Positions 8,282 through 15,660 of a stretch of DNA of 39,531 nt are shown piece by piece. Origin of the DNA: a virus (lineage: Duplodnaviria > Caudoviricetes); IMG/VR virus record IMGVR_UViG_3300035492_000154, positions 1 to 39,531 of that record; one strand, 5' to 3'. The translations under genes and the position numbers were made by a program. How positions within the stretch are numbered: the first letter of the stretch is position 1; each line of letters starts with the position of its first letter. The notes under the pieces were generated by a model that ran no database searches, was not told the DNA's origin, and was given only the letters and a program-made list of their open reading frames with translations.

Positions 8282-9250
8282 TCAGGCCTCGGTTTCCGTG
8301 GTGGGCGCGACGCCGGGCTGATGCATCCAGGAGAAGTCCTCTTCTTCCTCGGCTATGGCGGGCAGTTGGAACTCGGTGATCAGGTCACCAAGCAGGCGCT
8401 GCAGGTGGGCGATCAGCTGGGCCTGGAAGGCGCGGTGGTCGCTGCCGGTCTCGGTCGCATGCTGCTCCAGGCTCTCGAAGGCGGCGCGCAGCTTGCCGCT
8501 GATGTCGGCCTCGGCCTCGAAGGCGATGCCGACCACCTCCTGGCGCAGCTCCTTGGCGGCATCGTCGGCCGACATGGTCTCGATGCGGCGCTTGGCCTTT
8601 TCCAGATCCTGCTTGGTGCGATCCAGCTCGGCGTTCTTCTTGCTGAGCACCTCGCCAAGGGCGTCGTAGTCGGCCTGGGTGTCGGTGAGCTTCTTCTGCA
8701 GCTCGTCCTTTTCCTTGGTGTGGGTGTGGATCAGCTCCTCGGCCAGGTACTGCACGGCGTCGAGGTTGCCCTGCTTGGAGGCTTCGATCAGGGCGGACTT
8801 GGCGTCTTCGGGCAGGCGGCGCCATTGGCGTAGTTCGCGGTAGCCGGCGCCAATGGCGCCCAGCTGCTTGAGCGCCTCTTCACCGAAGGCCTTGAGGTTG
8901 GTGAGGTCTTCGTCGACTTTCGAGCGGGACAGGCCAAGGGCTTGGCAGAAACCGTCCCAAGTGCCGACGTCGGCAATTTCGTTGCCGTCGGCGTCGATGC
9001 CCTTTTTGCCCTGCAGGGCCCGGTACATCTTGGTTTCCTTGATGTGGGCGAGCTTCGACAAACTGACGACGTCGGCAAAACGGGCGATGGAGCGGGCCAT
9101 CTGGACCTGGCCCAGGATCTGGTTGGCGAGGTCGCGCTCGTCCTGCAGGCCCTGGGCAATTGCGCCCAGGTTCTGGATGACGTTGACGGCCTCTTCGTTG
9201 ACTGGAGCGTCCTGTACCAGCTCGGCGCTGGGGGCGGCTTTACGAGGCAT
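8282..9250 (-). CDS. Conserved B3/BcepMu-like early protein (DUF3102-like, coiled coil)
   Basis: TWDGFCQALGLSRSKVDEDL HTH-like segment plus a long coiled coil; position upstream of the transposase. Confidence 0.75.
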   Translation of the reverse strand: MPRKAAPSAELVQDAPVNEEAVNVIQNLGAIAQGLQDERDLANQILGQVQMARSIARFADVVSLSKLAHIKETKMYRALQGKKGIDADGNEIADVGTWDGFCQALGLSRSKVDEDLTNLKAFGEEALKQLGAIGAGYRELRQWRRLPEDAKSALIEASKQGNLDAVQYLAEELIHTHTKEKDELQKKLTDTQADYDALGEVLSKKNAELDRTKQDLEKAKRRIETMSADDAAKELRQEVVGIAFEAEADISGKLRAAFESLEQHATETGSDHRAFQAQLIAHLQRLLGDLITEFQLPAIAEEEEDFSWMHQPGVAPTTETEA

Positions 9251-9534
9251 TACGCGGCCTCCTGTTCAGCTGCAGCGGAGGCGATTTGCTGCAGGCGCTG
9301 GATCGCCTGATAGCGGTTGCCGCCGGCCTCGATCAGGGCGTTGCGGAACTCGTTATGAGCGCGCAGGCGGCCGGCGTAGAAGGCATCGTCCTCAACGCTG
9401 CCTTGGGCGTAGGGGCTGGTGACCAGGGTCTGGTCGATGCGGTTGCGCAGTACAGCGGCCAGTCCCTCAAGGAAGGGTTGGCTACGCTTCGGTTCGCCTC
9501 GCAGTAGAGCGATGGCCAGTTTGTTGAAGTCCAT
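9250..9534 (-). CDS. Hypothetical protein
   Basis: AAGGAG RBS; stop overlaps the next start (TAATG). Confidence 0.7.
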   Translation of the reverse strand: MDFNKLAIALLRGEPKRSQPFLEGLAAVLRNRIDQTLVTSPYAQGSVEDDAFYAGRLRAHNEFRNALIEAGGNRYQAIQRLQQIASAAAEQEAA

Positions 9535-9550
9535 GTGGTGCTCCTTGTTG

Positions 9551-9859
9551 TCAGCGGCTGGCCCCGGCCAGCACGCGTTGGTTGATTTCGTTGATGCGGT
9601 GCTGTGCTGCGCTCATTTCGTTGGCGTGGGCCTGGGCGATCTGCAGCAGCGCGATGGACGGGGCGAAGCGGCCGTTGTCGAGCTTCACGGCCAGGCCTTC
9701 TGCGATCAGGGTGTTGACGGCGCGGTTGATGGCGGACGGGCTCTCGCCCAGGCCCTTGGCCAGCTCGCCGTTGCTGATGCCGTGGAGGCTGTAGCCCTTG
9801 AGGGCCTTGAGGACGCGCAGGATTCGCGCGCCGCTGTCAGAGGTGCGTGGGTTGGTCAT
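9551..9859 (-). CDS. IclR-like winged HTH DNA-binding protein
   Basis: RILRVLKAL...GISNGELAKGLGESPSAINRAVNTLIAEGL; start refined to 9859. Confidence 0.8.
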   Translation of the reverse strand: MTNPRTSDSGARILRVLKALKGYSLHGISNGELAKGLGESPSAINRAVNTLIAEGLAVKLDNGRFAPSIALLQIAQAHANEMSAAQHRINEINQRVLAGASR

Positions 9860-10080
9860 GCTGGAGTCCTGAGTAGTGCGAAGTAGTCGGAGGCGGCTTC
9901 GTTGGCGGCCGTGGCTGCGTTCTGCAGATCCTCGATGGTGAGCTGGGCAAGGGGCTTGCCTAGCTCCTGGCAGTGGCGCGCGAATGCCCGTTGGCTGACG
10001 GCATTCCACTCACGGAAGTTGTCGAAAGGCTCCAGGGCTTCGTGCATGTCCATGATTAGGGCGAGGCTTTCCGGGCTCAT
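9856..10080 (-). CDS. Hypothetical protein (74 aa)
   Basis: MSPESLALIMDM...; ATGA overlaps at both ends; GGAG RBS. Confidence 0.6.
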   Translation of the reverse strand: MSPESLALIMDMHEALEPFDNFREWNAVSQRAFARHCQELGKPLAQLTIEDLQNAATAANEAASDYFALLRTPA

Positions 10081-10556
10081 GCCTGCTCTCCGAGATCCAG
10101 TTGCGGGTTGGCGTGCTGCTGCACGTTGGCGCGGTGCCAGGCCAGGCTGGTAAGTCCGGCCTGCAGCGCGGCCTGGGCAGCGTCGGCGTCGAGCTGGCCC
10201 TGGTAGAAAGCGATCAGGGCGCCCGTGGTCGCGGTGAGTACGCCTTGCAGCTCGTTCACGTCCTGAGCGCTGCAAGTGCGGCCGGACGGGATGTCGATCA
10301 GCAGCTTGCCGCTGGTGGAGGCCAGCCAGCGGCTGACCAGGGCGATGCCGCAGGCATGCTCGAAGGCAGGGATCAGCACCGCAGGCATGCGGCCTTCGCT
10401 GATCCACTTGTAAAGGGCCCAGTGGTTGGCCTGGCCCATGCGCTCGGCAATGCGTTCGACGCCGAGGTTGTGGCGCTCCTTGGCGAACTCCAGCGACCAT
10501 TCCATGGCCTGGCGGATGCTGCTGGGCTGGGCGTTCTTCCAAGAGCGACGCTTCAT
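10077..10556 (-). CDS. Conserved HTH-containing early regulator
   Basis: VERIAERMGQANHWALYKWISEGRMP HTH; GGAGG RBS; start refined to 10556. Confidence 0.75.
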   Translation of the reverse strand: MKRRSWKNAQPSSIRQAMEWSLEFAKERHNLGVERIAERMGQANHWALYKWISEGRMPAVLIPAFEHACGIALVSRWLASTSGKLLIDIPSGRTCSAQDVNELQGVLTATTGALIAFYQGQLDADAAQAALQAGLTSLAWHRANVQQHANPQLDLGEQA

Positions 10557-10656
10557 TGGAAGGCCCTCCCGGCTACGCAGGACGCGGCATGCAAACAAAT
10601 AGGCTTTTTGCCCGTTGGCAACGCTGTTACCAAAAGGCCAGCCTGTTGGGGTACAT

Positions 10657-11226
10657 TCACAGGCATGGGGAGTCACCCGATGGACGAGGTTCGGTTACTG
10701 CAGGTTGAGGGGCAGATTCAGGCGCTTGCGCGGAGCTGGCTTTACCTGGCTGCGCAGCTGGAGTTGCAGGGCGTTGACCCGGCTCCGCTGGAGCGCTCGA
10801 TGCTGGGGACGAGCTGGCCTGATGCGCAGGTTGAGCCGCATGCTCAGACGATGATGCGGTCGCTGGTTGAGCAGCTGGCCGGCGCCCGTGAGGGGCGGCG
10901 AAGTCAATGCCAATGACCTCGGCCTCGGCCTTGAAGCCGAACTCGTTGCGCAGATCCTGGTAGGCCTTAGCCTTCAGCTGCTGCCCAACAAGTTGGCCGG
11001 CGCCGAGCAGCATCAGGCGATCGATCAGCTTTGCGGTACCGGCGCTGGCCGGCGTGCGATCGACGAACACCAAGGCCTGCTGGCGGGCTTCGGCCAGGTG
11101 TGCGGCGATGGCCGGGCCATCACCAGGTGCGCAGGCGATCAGCGCGTTGAGCGAGGCACGCCAGGCGTCCATGGGGTGGGGAATCAGCTCGATCTCTTCG
11201 AGCGCAACTTGCGGCTGGTCGGTCAT
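10657..11226 (-). CDS. Hypothetical protein; low-complexity C-terminal tail overlaps an antisense gene
   Basis: ATG 11226 with GAGGG RBS after the Ner-like gene; about the first 110 aa look globular, the rest is Pro/Ala/Ser/Gln-rich. Confidence 0.55.
   Translation of the reverse strand: MTDQPQVALEEIELIPHPMDAWRASLNALIACAPGDGPAIAAHLAEARQQALVFVDRTPASAGTAKLIDRLMLLGAGQLVGQQLKAKAYQDLRNEFGFKAEAEVIGIDFAAPHGRRPAAQPATASSSEHAAQPAHQASSSPASSAPAEPGQRPATPAAQPGKASSAQAPESAPQPAVTEPRPSGDSPCL
10680..10916 (+). CDS. Small antisense-oriented hypothetical protein (78 aa, MDEVRLLQVEGQIQALARSW...)
   Basis: GGGGAG RBS 7 nt upstream, TACATT -10-like hexamer at 10652-10657, amphipathic helical sequence. Confidence 0.6.
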   Translation: MDEVRLLQVEGQIQALARSWLYLAAQLELQGVDPAPLERSMLGTSWPDAQVEPHAQTMMRSLVEQLAGAREGRRSQCQ

Positions 11227-11273
11227 GGCAGTGACCCTCGCTGCTGTTGTGGTTGGGGGCTTGGGAGGCGGTT

Positions 11274-11510
11274 TTAGGCGGCGGCAGCAAGCTGCTCTGC
11301 GGACAGTTTCATGCCGAGCTTGAGAGCGATTTCGTGGGAGGTACCGCGACGGCCCTTGAACTGGCCATTGATCACGCAATAGACCTGGTGGCGGCTGTAG
11401 CCGTTGGCCTCAGCCCAGGTGCTGATGGCAACGCCTTCAGCCTGGAAGAGTTCTTTGACCCGTTCGCCTGAGTACGGCTTGCGGGTGGGTAGCGGATAAG
11501 GGACGTTCAT
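11274..11510 (-). CDS. Ner/Cro-like DNA-binding protein (BcepMu gp16 family)
   Basis: GVAISTWAEANGYSRHQVYCVINGQFKGRRGTSHEIALKLGMK; first gene of the early operon, divergent from the repressor. Confidence 0.85.
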   Translation of the reverse strand: MNVPYPLPTRKPYSGERVKELFQAEGVAISTWAEANGYSRHQVYCVINGQFKGRRGTSHEIALKLGMKLSAEQLAAAA

Positions 11511-11573
11511 GGCGGTGTTCCTGTCTGCTTAAAGATTGCTAATCGCTTGCTAGTGCTTGCGAACTACATAACT

Positions 11574-11602
11574 AGCTTATGACTACATTTGTAGTCATGC
11601 AA
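11574..11602 (-). promoter_or_regulatory. Early promoter (TTGCAT-17 bp-TAAGCT) overlapped by an operator palindrome
   Basis: Minus-strand -35 at 11602-11597 and -10 at 11579-11574. Palindrome ATGACTACA-TT-TGTAGTCAT at 11579-11598; related site ACTACATAACTAG at 11563-11575. Confidence 0.7.
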
Positions 11603-11610
11603 GGGATTCT

Positions 11611-12081
11611 ATGGGAAATTTCCAGGCCGCGCTTTTGCGCTTGAAGGAGCATCTCGGTTTAGAGACTGATAAGGAGGTCGCCGAGCTGCTTGGCATGACC
11701 GTGAAGGCCTTCACCGCACGCAAAGCGCGGGACTCCTTTCCTGAGGAAAAGCTGCGTGCGCTGGCGCAGCGCCGTCCTGATCTACCGATCGATGTGGACT
11801 ACGTACTGACTGGGGAGACGGTGCGCATGCGCTATGAGCGCGAATACCAGCGCCCGCCAGCAAGCATTCAAGAGCTGACCTCTTATGCGATGCGGGATGC
11901 TCTTGGTCCTGACGAGATGGAACTGGTTGAGTTGTTCAGGGCGGCCAGCTTGGAACAGAAGATGAAAGCTGTGGCTATCCTGTCGGCTAAGCCAAAGCCG
12001 CCTTCGCCGAGCCAAGGGATCAAGGTCTCAGGAAGTGGAAACCGAGTAGCGGGAAGGGATTACAACGAAACGAAGGAGTAG
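11611..12081 (+). CDS. Prophage repressor (CI-type HTH, no peptidase domain) with a C-terminal Gly/Asn motif
   Basis: RLKEHLGLETDKEVAELLGMTVKAFTARKARDSFP...DVDYVLTGE HTH; divergent from the Ner-like gene across an operator palindrome. Confidence 0.85.
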   Translation: MGNFQAALLRLKEHLGLETDKEVAELLGMTVKAFTARKARDSFPEEKLRALAQRRPDLPIDVDYVLTGETVRMRYEREYQRPPASIQELTSYAMRDALGPDEMELVELFRAASLEQKMKAVAILSAKPKPPSPSQGIKVSGSGNRVAGRDYNETKE

Positions 12082-12085
12082 CACC

Positions 12086-12526
12086 GTGGATATCCAGGTT
12101 GAGGGGAGCAACAACCGAGTTGCCGGGCGGGACTATCTGGAGCTGAACGCTCAGCTCTCGCTGACACCGGAGCAGTTGGAGGCGCTAGCGGTAAAGCCGT
12201 GCCCCTCCTGCGAGGTGCGGCTGGTCACGGCCCAGGCGCAGACGTGCAATCACTGCCTGCGAGAGCGCGTCGCCAATGACCAGAAGGTCAAGGTGGGTTT
12301 CGTCATATTCCTGGTGTTCATGGTGTGGGGCTGGTTGCTTAAGCGCAGTGGGCCAAATGCGGGCCTGCTCGAACTGGTTGAGTCCCTGGTAGCTGCGGGC
12401 GGCATCGTACTCTGTGGTGCGCTACTGCTTGAGCTGTTCAGGCTATGGTGGGTTTGCTACAGCGAGGAGTTCTTCTCGGCGGTCTGGCGTGCACTGGTGA
12501 GGCTGGTGAATGGAGGCCGGAAATGA
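12086..12526 (+). CDS. Membrane protein: N-terminal motif shared with the repressor tail, CxxC-CxxC zinc finger, two or more TM helices
   Basis: AAGGAG RBS, GTG start; C39/C42/C54/C57; hydrophobic segments at about aa 70-85 and 94-124. Confidence 0.75.
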   Translation: MDIQVEGSNNRVAGRDYLELNAQLSLTPEQLEALAVKPCPSCEVRLVTAQAQTCNHCLRERVANDQKVKVGFVIFLVFMVWGWLLKRSGPNAGLLELVESLVAAGGIVLCGALLLELFRLWWVCYSEEFFSAVWRALVRLVNGGRK

Positions 12527-12906
12527 GCAAGGCAGTTATGGTGCTTTGGCTGGCGGCGATGACCACGCTGGTGGGGGGCTGCAGCTCTGAGGAGCAGCAG
12601 GCTATATGGACGGTGGAGAAGTCCGTTAAGGCAAGCCTGAAAGACCCGGATTCTGCGCGCTTCGGCAAAACGCACTTCGTTGTTGATGTCGAGCGATCTG
12701 ACTCGAACTTCACATCTGGCTATGTGTGCGGTGAAGTCAGCGGTAAAAATTCCTTTGGGGTCTACGCTCCGTCTCAGCGCTTCACAGCTAGAGCGCTTCT
12801 TGGGAAAAACCTAGTTGATGTCAGTGACCTACAACTGGAGGGCACTGGTATTGATGCGGAGGTATTTGAAAGGGTGAATTGGCGCCATTGCGCCAAATCG
12901 GGCTGA
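12523..12906 (+). CDS. Putative lipoprotein (LKDPDSARF...VCGEV.GKNSFG family)
   Basis: GGAGG RBS, ATGA overlap; signal peptide ending LVGG-C20 lipobox. Confidence 0.75.
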   Translation: MSKAVMVLWLAAMTTLVGGCSSEEQQAIWTVEKSVKASLKDPDSARFGKTHFVVDVERSDSNFTSGYVCGEVSGKNSFGVYAPSQRFTARALLGKNLVDVSDLQLEGTGIDAEVFERVNWRHCAKSG

Positions 12907-12921
12907 TGTCGGGAGGCGTCG

Positions 12922-13323
12922 ATGGATGTAGTCACGTTAATTCAGCAGGCTCTGGAAGCTTCAACCAAGCTGAGGGAGTTATCGAAGAAGGTCGGCGATG
13001 CGGACTTCAAGATGGTGCTGGCTGAACTGCACTCGGCCCTTGCCGATGCAAAGCTGGAGTCAGTCGATATCAAGATGCAGCTCGCCGCCGCCCAGGAGCA
13101 AATCCTGGAGCTGCAACAGCAGCTGCACCGCAAAGAGCACGATAAGCCGCAGGTCACTGCGGAGGATACCTATACGTTTGAGGGCGAAACGGGCCACTTC
13201 TGTACCGCCTGCTGGGATGTGCATCAGCGGAAGGTACGGCTTAGTGTGATGCCCGTGGACTTCCAGTTTGCGGGCAAATGGCGCTGTCCGTCATGCCGCT
13301 CGAATTACGGCGGAGAGATGTAA
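12922..13323 (+). CDS. Coiled-coil plus zinc-ribbon hypothetical protein
   Basis: GGGAGG RBS; heptad N-terminal region; FCTACWD...WRCPSC. Confidence 0.75.
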   Translation: MDVVTLIQQALEASTKLRELSKKVGDADFKMVLAELHSALADAKLESVDIKMQLAAAQEQILELQQQLHRKEHDKPQVTAEDTYTFEGETGHFCTACWDVHQRKVRLSVMPVDFQFAGKWRCPSCRSNYGGEM

Positions 13324-13327
13324 ATAG

Positions 13328-13357
13328 GGGCGCCGCAATGGCGCCCTTTGTCTTTTT
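13328..13357 (+). terminator. Rho-independent terminator closing the immunity operon
   Basis: GGGCGCC-GCAAT-GGCGCCC stem-loop followed by TTTGTCTTTTT. Confidence 0.7.
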
Positions 13358-13398
13358 CGGCTAGCCGAAAAGACCCCGCGCGCGCGCGAGGCGAAGCT
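13354..13398 (+). promoter_or_regulatory. Activator-dependent late promoter 1 (lysis/packaging)
   Basis: Perfect palindrome TTTTCGGCTAGCCGAAAA (13354-13371), 21-bp spacer, GAAGCT hexamer. Confidence 0.75.
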
Positions 13399-13474
13399 GT
13401 GATCTCTCCCCCGGTCGGACTGCCGGTATGAGCACAGCAACGGCCAGGGATTGGCCAACCTCGGAGCGCAACCC

Positions 13475-13777
13475 ATGGCCACCTGCCAGAACAAGCCCAA
13501 GCGCCGCTTCCTGCCGCGCATGACCGTCTTCGCTGTTATCTCCATCCTTCTGCTTGTCGCGATCTGGTACGTGCGGCCCGAGCAGCTGCAGGTGGTGCTG
13601 TACAAAGTTAGCCTCATCACCATCGGCGCCGTGCTGGCGTACTACATCGACCGCGTGCTGTTCCTGGTCGAGGCCAGGCCACATCAGTGCATCGGGGGCA
13701 TTCACATCGTCGGGGCGTGGATCAGGCGCGCCGTGATCGCCTTGGCCTGCATCCTCGGCATGACGCTGGGGCTGTAG
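13475..13777 (+). CDS. Putative holin
   Basis: Three hydrophobic segments; first late gene, before the endolysin; GGAG RBS; start refined to 13475. Confidence 0.75.
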   Translation: MATCQNKPKRRFLPRMTVFAVISILLLVAIWYVRPEQLQVVLYKVSLITIGAVLAYYIDRVLFLVEARPHQCIGGIHIVGAWIRRAVIALACILGMTLGL

Positions 13778-13779
13778 CC

Positions 13780-14685
13780 ATGAACCGCCTCAAGCGTTGG
13801 ATGGCCGAGGCCGGCAATGACCTGGCGATCATCTGGATGGTCGAACCGCGCCTGTTCCTGTGGCCGCTGATCCTGCTGGTGTTCGCCGTCGGCTTCTTCA
13901 TCGTGCCAAGCGCCGATGCCGCCAGCATTCCGACCGCAGCCGAGCAGCACCGCCGCACACTGGTGCGCGCCGCTCATGCCGAATGGGGCCTGGGTGCGCC
14001 GGTTTCGACGTTCGCAGCGCAGGTGCATCAGGAGAGCGCCTGGCGGGTGAATGCCCGCTCTGGCGTCGGCGCCGAGGGCTTGGCGCAGTTCATGCCGGCC
14101 ACTGCCGATTGGATGGCCGAGATCTACCCGCGCAGCCTGGGCCCGGCGCAGCCGTATAACCCAGGCTGGGCACTGCGGGCCATGGTCGCCTTCGACCGCT
14201 GGCTCTATGAGCGAAACCAGGCCGTTAGCGAGTGTGACCGCTGGGCCTTCGTGCTGGCCGGCTACAACGGCGGCAATGGCTGGGTGAATCGTGACCGCAG
14301 GCTGGCATCGGCTATGGGTGCCGATCCGCTGGCCTGGTTCGATTCCGTCGAGCGGCACAACGCTGGCCGCTCGGCTGCCAACTTTCGCGAGAACCGCCAT
14401 TACCCGCGCGCCATCCTGCTGCGCTGGGAGCCCATGTATGCGGCTGCCGGCTGGGGGCCTGGCGTGTGCGCCGACAGGTATAGCCGCCATGAAGATCCCA
14501 ACGCTGTTTCTGCTCGCCACGTTGACCACCAGTTCGCCTGCCGCCTGCTCCCGGAACTGGTTGGCTGCCGCCGAGCTGTTCGCATCGCCACCGCCCCGCG
14601 TTCGCCCGGCCCAGCTCTGGCCGCCCGAGCGCGTGGACAAACGACCACCCATGCCGCGCTGGTTGTGGCGCCGGCTCAAGCGTAA
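13780..14685 (+). CDS. Endolysin, SLT-family lytic transglycosylase with N-terminal membrane anchor
   Basis: QVHQESAW (catalytic E), GLAQFMPAT and GYNGG motifs; hydrophobic N-terminal segment. Confidence 0.88.
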   Translation: MNRLKRWMAEAGNDLAIIWMVEPRLFLWPLILLVFAVGFFIVPSADAASIPTAAEQHRRTLVRAAHAEWGLGAPVSTFAAQVHQESAWRVNARSGVGAEGLAQFMPATADWMAEIYPRSLGPAQPYNPGWALRAMVAFDRWLYERNQAVSECDRWAFVLAGYNGGNGWVNRDRRLASAMGADPLAWFDSVERHNAGRSAANFRENRHYPRAILLRWEPMYAAAGWGPGVCADRYSRHEDPNAVSARHVDHQFACRLLPELVGCRRAVRIATAPRSPGPALAARARGQTTTHAALVVAPAQA

Positions 14686-14695
14686 GGGGCGGTGA
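14489..14695 (+). CDS. Small basic hypothetical protein overlapping the endolysin 3' end in another frame
   Basis: MKIPTLFLLATL...WLWRRLKRKGR; its stop overlaps the spanin start (GTGATG). Confidence 0.45.
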   Translation: MKIPTLFLLATLTTSSPAACSRNWLAAAELFASPPPRVRPAQLWPPERVDKRPPMPRWLWRRLKRKGR

Positions 14696-15318
14696 TGAAG
14701 AACGTCATCGGCTGGATCGCTGACTACTGGCACGTGCCGATCTTCGTGGTGATGGCATACCTGATGTACGCCTACGGCGAGAGCCAGTATGACCGGGGCC
14801 ACAGCGCCGCTCAGGCCAAGGGCGACAAGGCCGTTGCCGATCTGCGCGAGGAGCACCAGAAGCTGCGCGCCGACGCCGCCGAACAGAACCTGGTGCTCTA
14901 CCGCCAGCAGGTGGAGCGCGCCAACCAGGCCGAGCTGGTGTTCCTGGATGCCCAGGACGAGATCGGCCGGCTCAAGCAGCAACTCACACAGGAGCGCATC
15001 AACCGTGTCTCGACTCAATACACACCAGTTCGTGGCGGCGCGGCTGTTGCCGCTCCTCGCTTCGTTGTTACTTGTGGCTGGCTGCGCGACTTCAACGCAG
15101 CGCTTGGAGCCACTGCCCCAGCTCCCGACAGCTGCCGAGCCTACGCCGGCTCTCAAGAAGCGGCCTGGCCCGCCCCCGGCTCTGACGCCGAACTACTGGA
15201 AAGCGGCGTTACCGCTGCAGACATCCTGGCCCATGCGCGTGACTACGGCGCTTGGGCGCTCGCCATCCGTGCGCAGCTGAACGCGCTGATCGACCTACAC
15301 GAAAAGGACAAGCCCTGA
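14692..15318 (+). CDS. Inner-membrane spanin (Rz-like)
   Basis: Single N-terminal TM followed by a coiled coil; located after the endolysin. Confidence 0.75.
   Translation: MMKNVIGWIADYWHVPIFVVMAYLMYAYGESQYDRGHSAAQAKGDKAVADLREEHQKLRADAAEQNLVLYRQQVERANQAELVFLDAQDEIGRLKQQLTQERINRVSTQYTPVRGGAAVAAPRFVVTCGWLRDFNAALGATAPAPDSCRAYAGSQEAAWPAPGSDAELLESGVTAADILAHARDYGAWALAIRAQLNALIDLHEKDKP
15005..15280 (+). CDS. Embedded outer-membrane spanin (Rz1-like lipoprotein)
   Basis: AGGAG at 14990-14994, GTG start, MSRLNTHQFVAARLLPLLASLLLVAG-C lipobox, Pro-rich mature part; +1 frame inside the Rz-like gene. Confidence 0.7.
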   Translation: MSRLNTHQFVAARLLPLLASLLLVAGCATSTQRLEPLPQLPTAAEPTPALKKRPGPPPALTPNYWKAALPLQTSWPMRVTTALGRSPSVRS

Positions 15319-15653
15319 TGGACTTCGACTCCCTGCTGCGCGGCGCGCAGTTCTTGTTCACCGTGGTGGTGGGTTTTTTCTCCTGGAGTAGTGCTCGTAA
15401 GGCCAGCTCCAAGGTTGAGGCTGAGGCCTTGGCAAAGCGCCTGTCAGGGCAGGACAACCGCTTGTTGGTGCTGGAGCAGCAGATGAAGCACCTACCGACC
15501 AGCGAACAACTGACTGCGCTTGCCGCAAAGCTGGCTGAGCTGGGCGGCGACATGAAGGGCATCAAGTCCGATATCTCGGGCATCAACCGCTCCCTTGACC
15601 CGCTGAATCGATCGGTCGATCGGCTTAACGACTTTCTTTTGCACAACAAGTGA
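15318..15653 (+). CDS. Mu gp25-like protein (DUF2730; TM plus coiled coil, releasin-like)
   Basis: N-terminal TM, RLLVLEQQMKHLPT motif; synteny before the gp26/gp27-like genes. Confidence 0.75.
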   Translation: MDFDSLLRGAQFLFTVVVGFFSWSSARKASSKVEAEALAKRLSGQDNRLLVLEQQMKHLPTSEQLTALAAKLAELGGDMKGIKSDISGINRSLDPLNRSVDRLNDFLLHNK

Positions 15654-15660
15654 GGCTGCG

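Noticed and set aside
12019-12136. Reading the repressor/membrane-protein repeat as a DNA tandem duplication, operator or assembly error
   Set aside because: Most identical residues use different codons; the longest shared DNA run is only about 8 nt (AACCGAGT).
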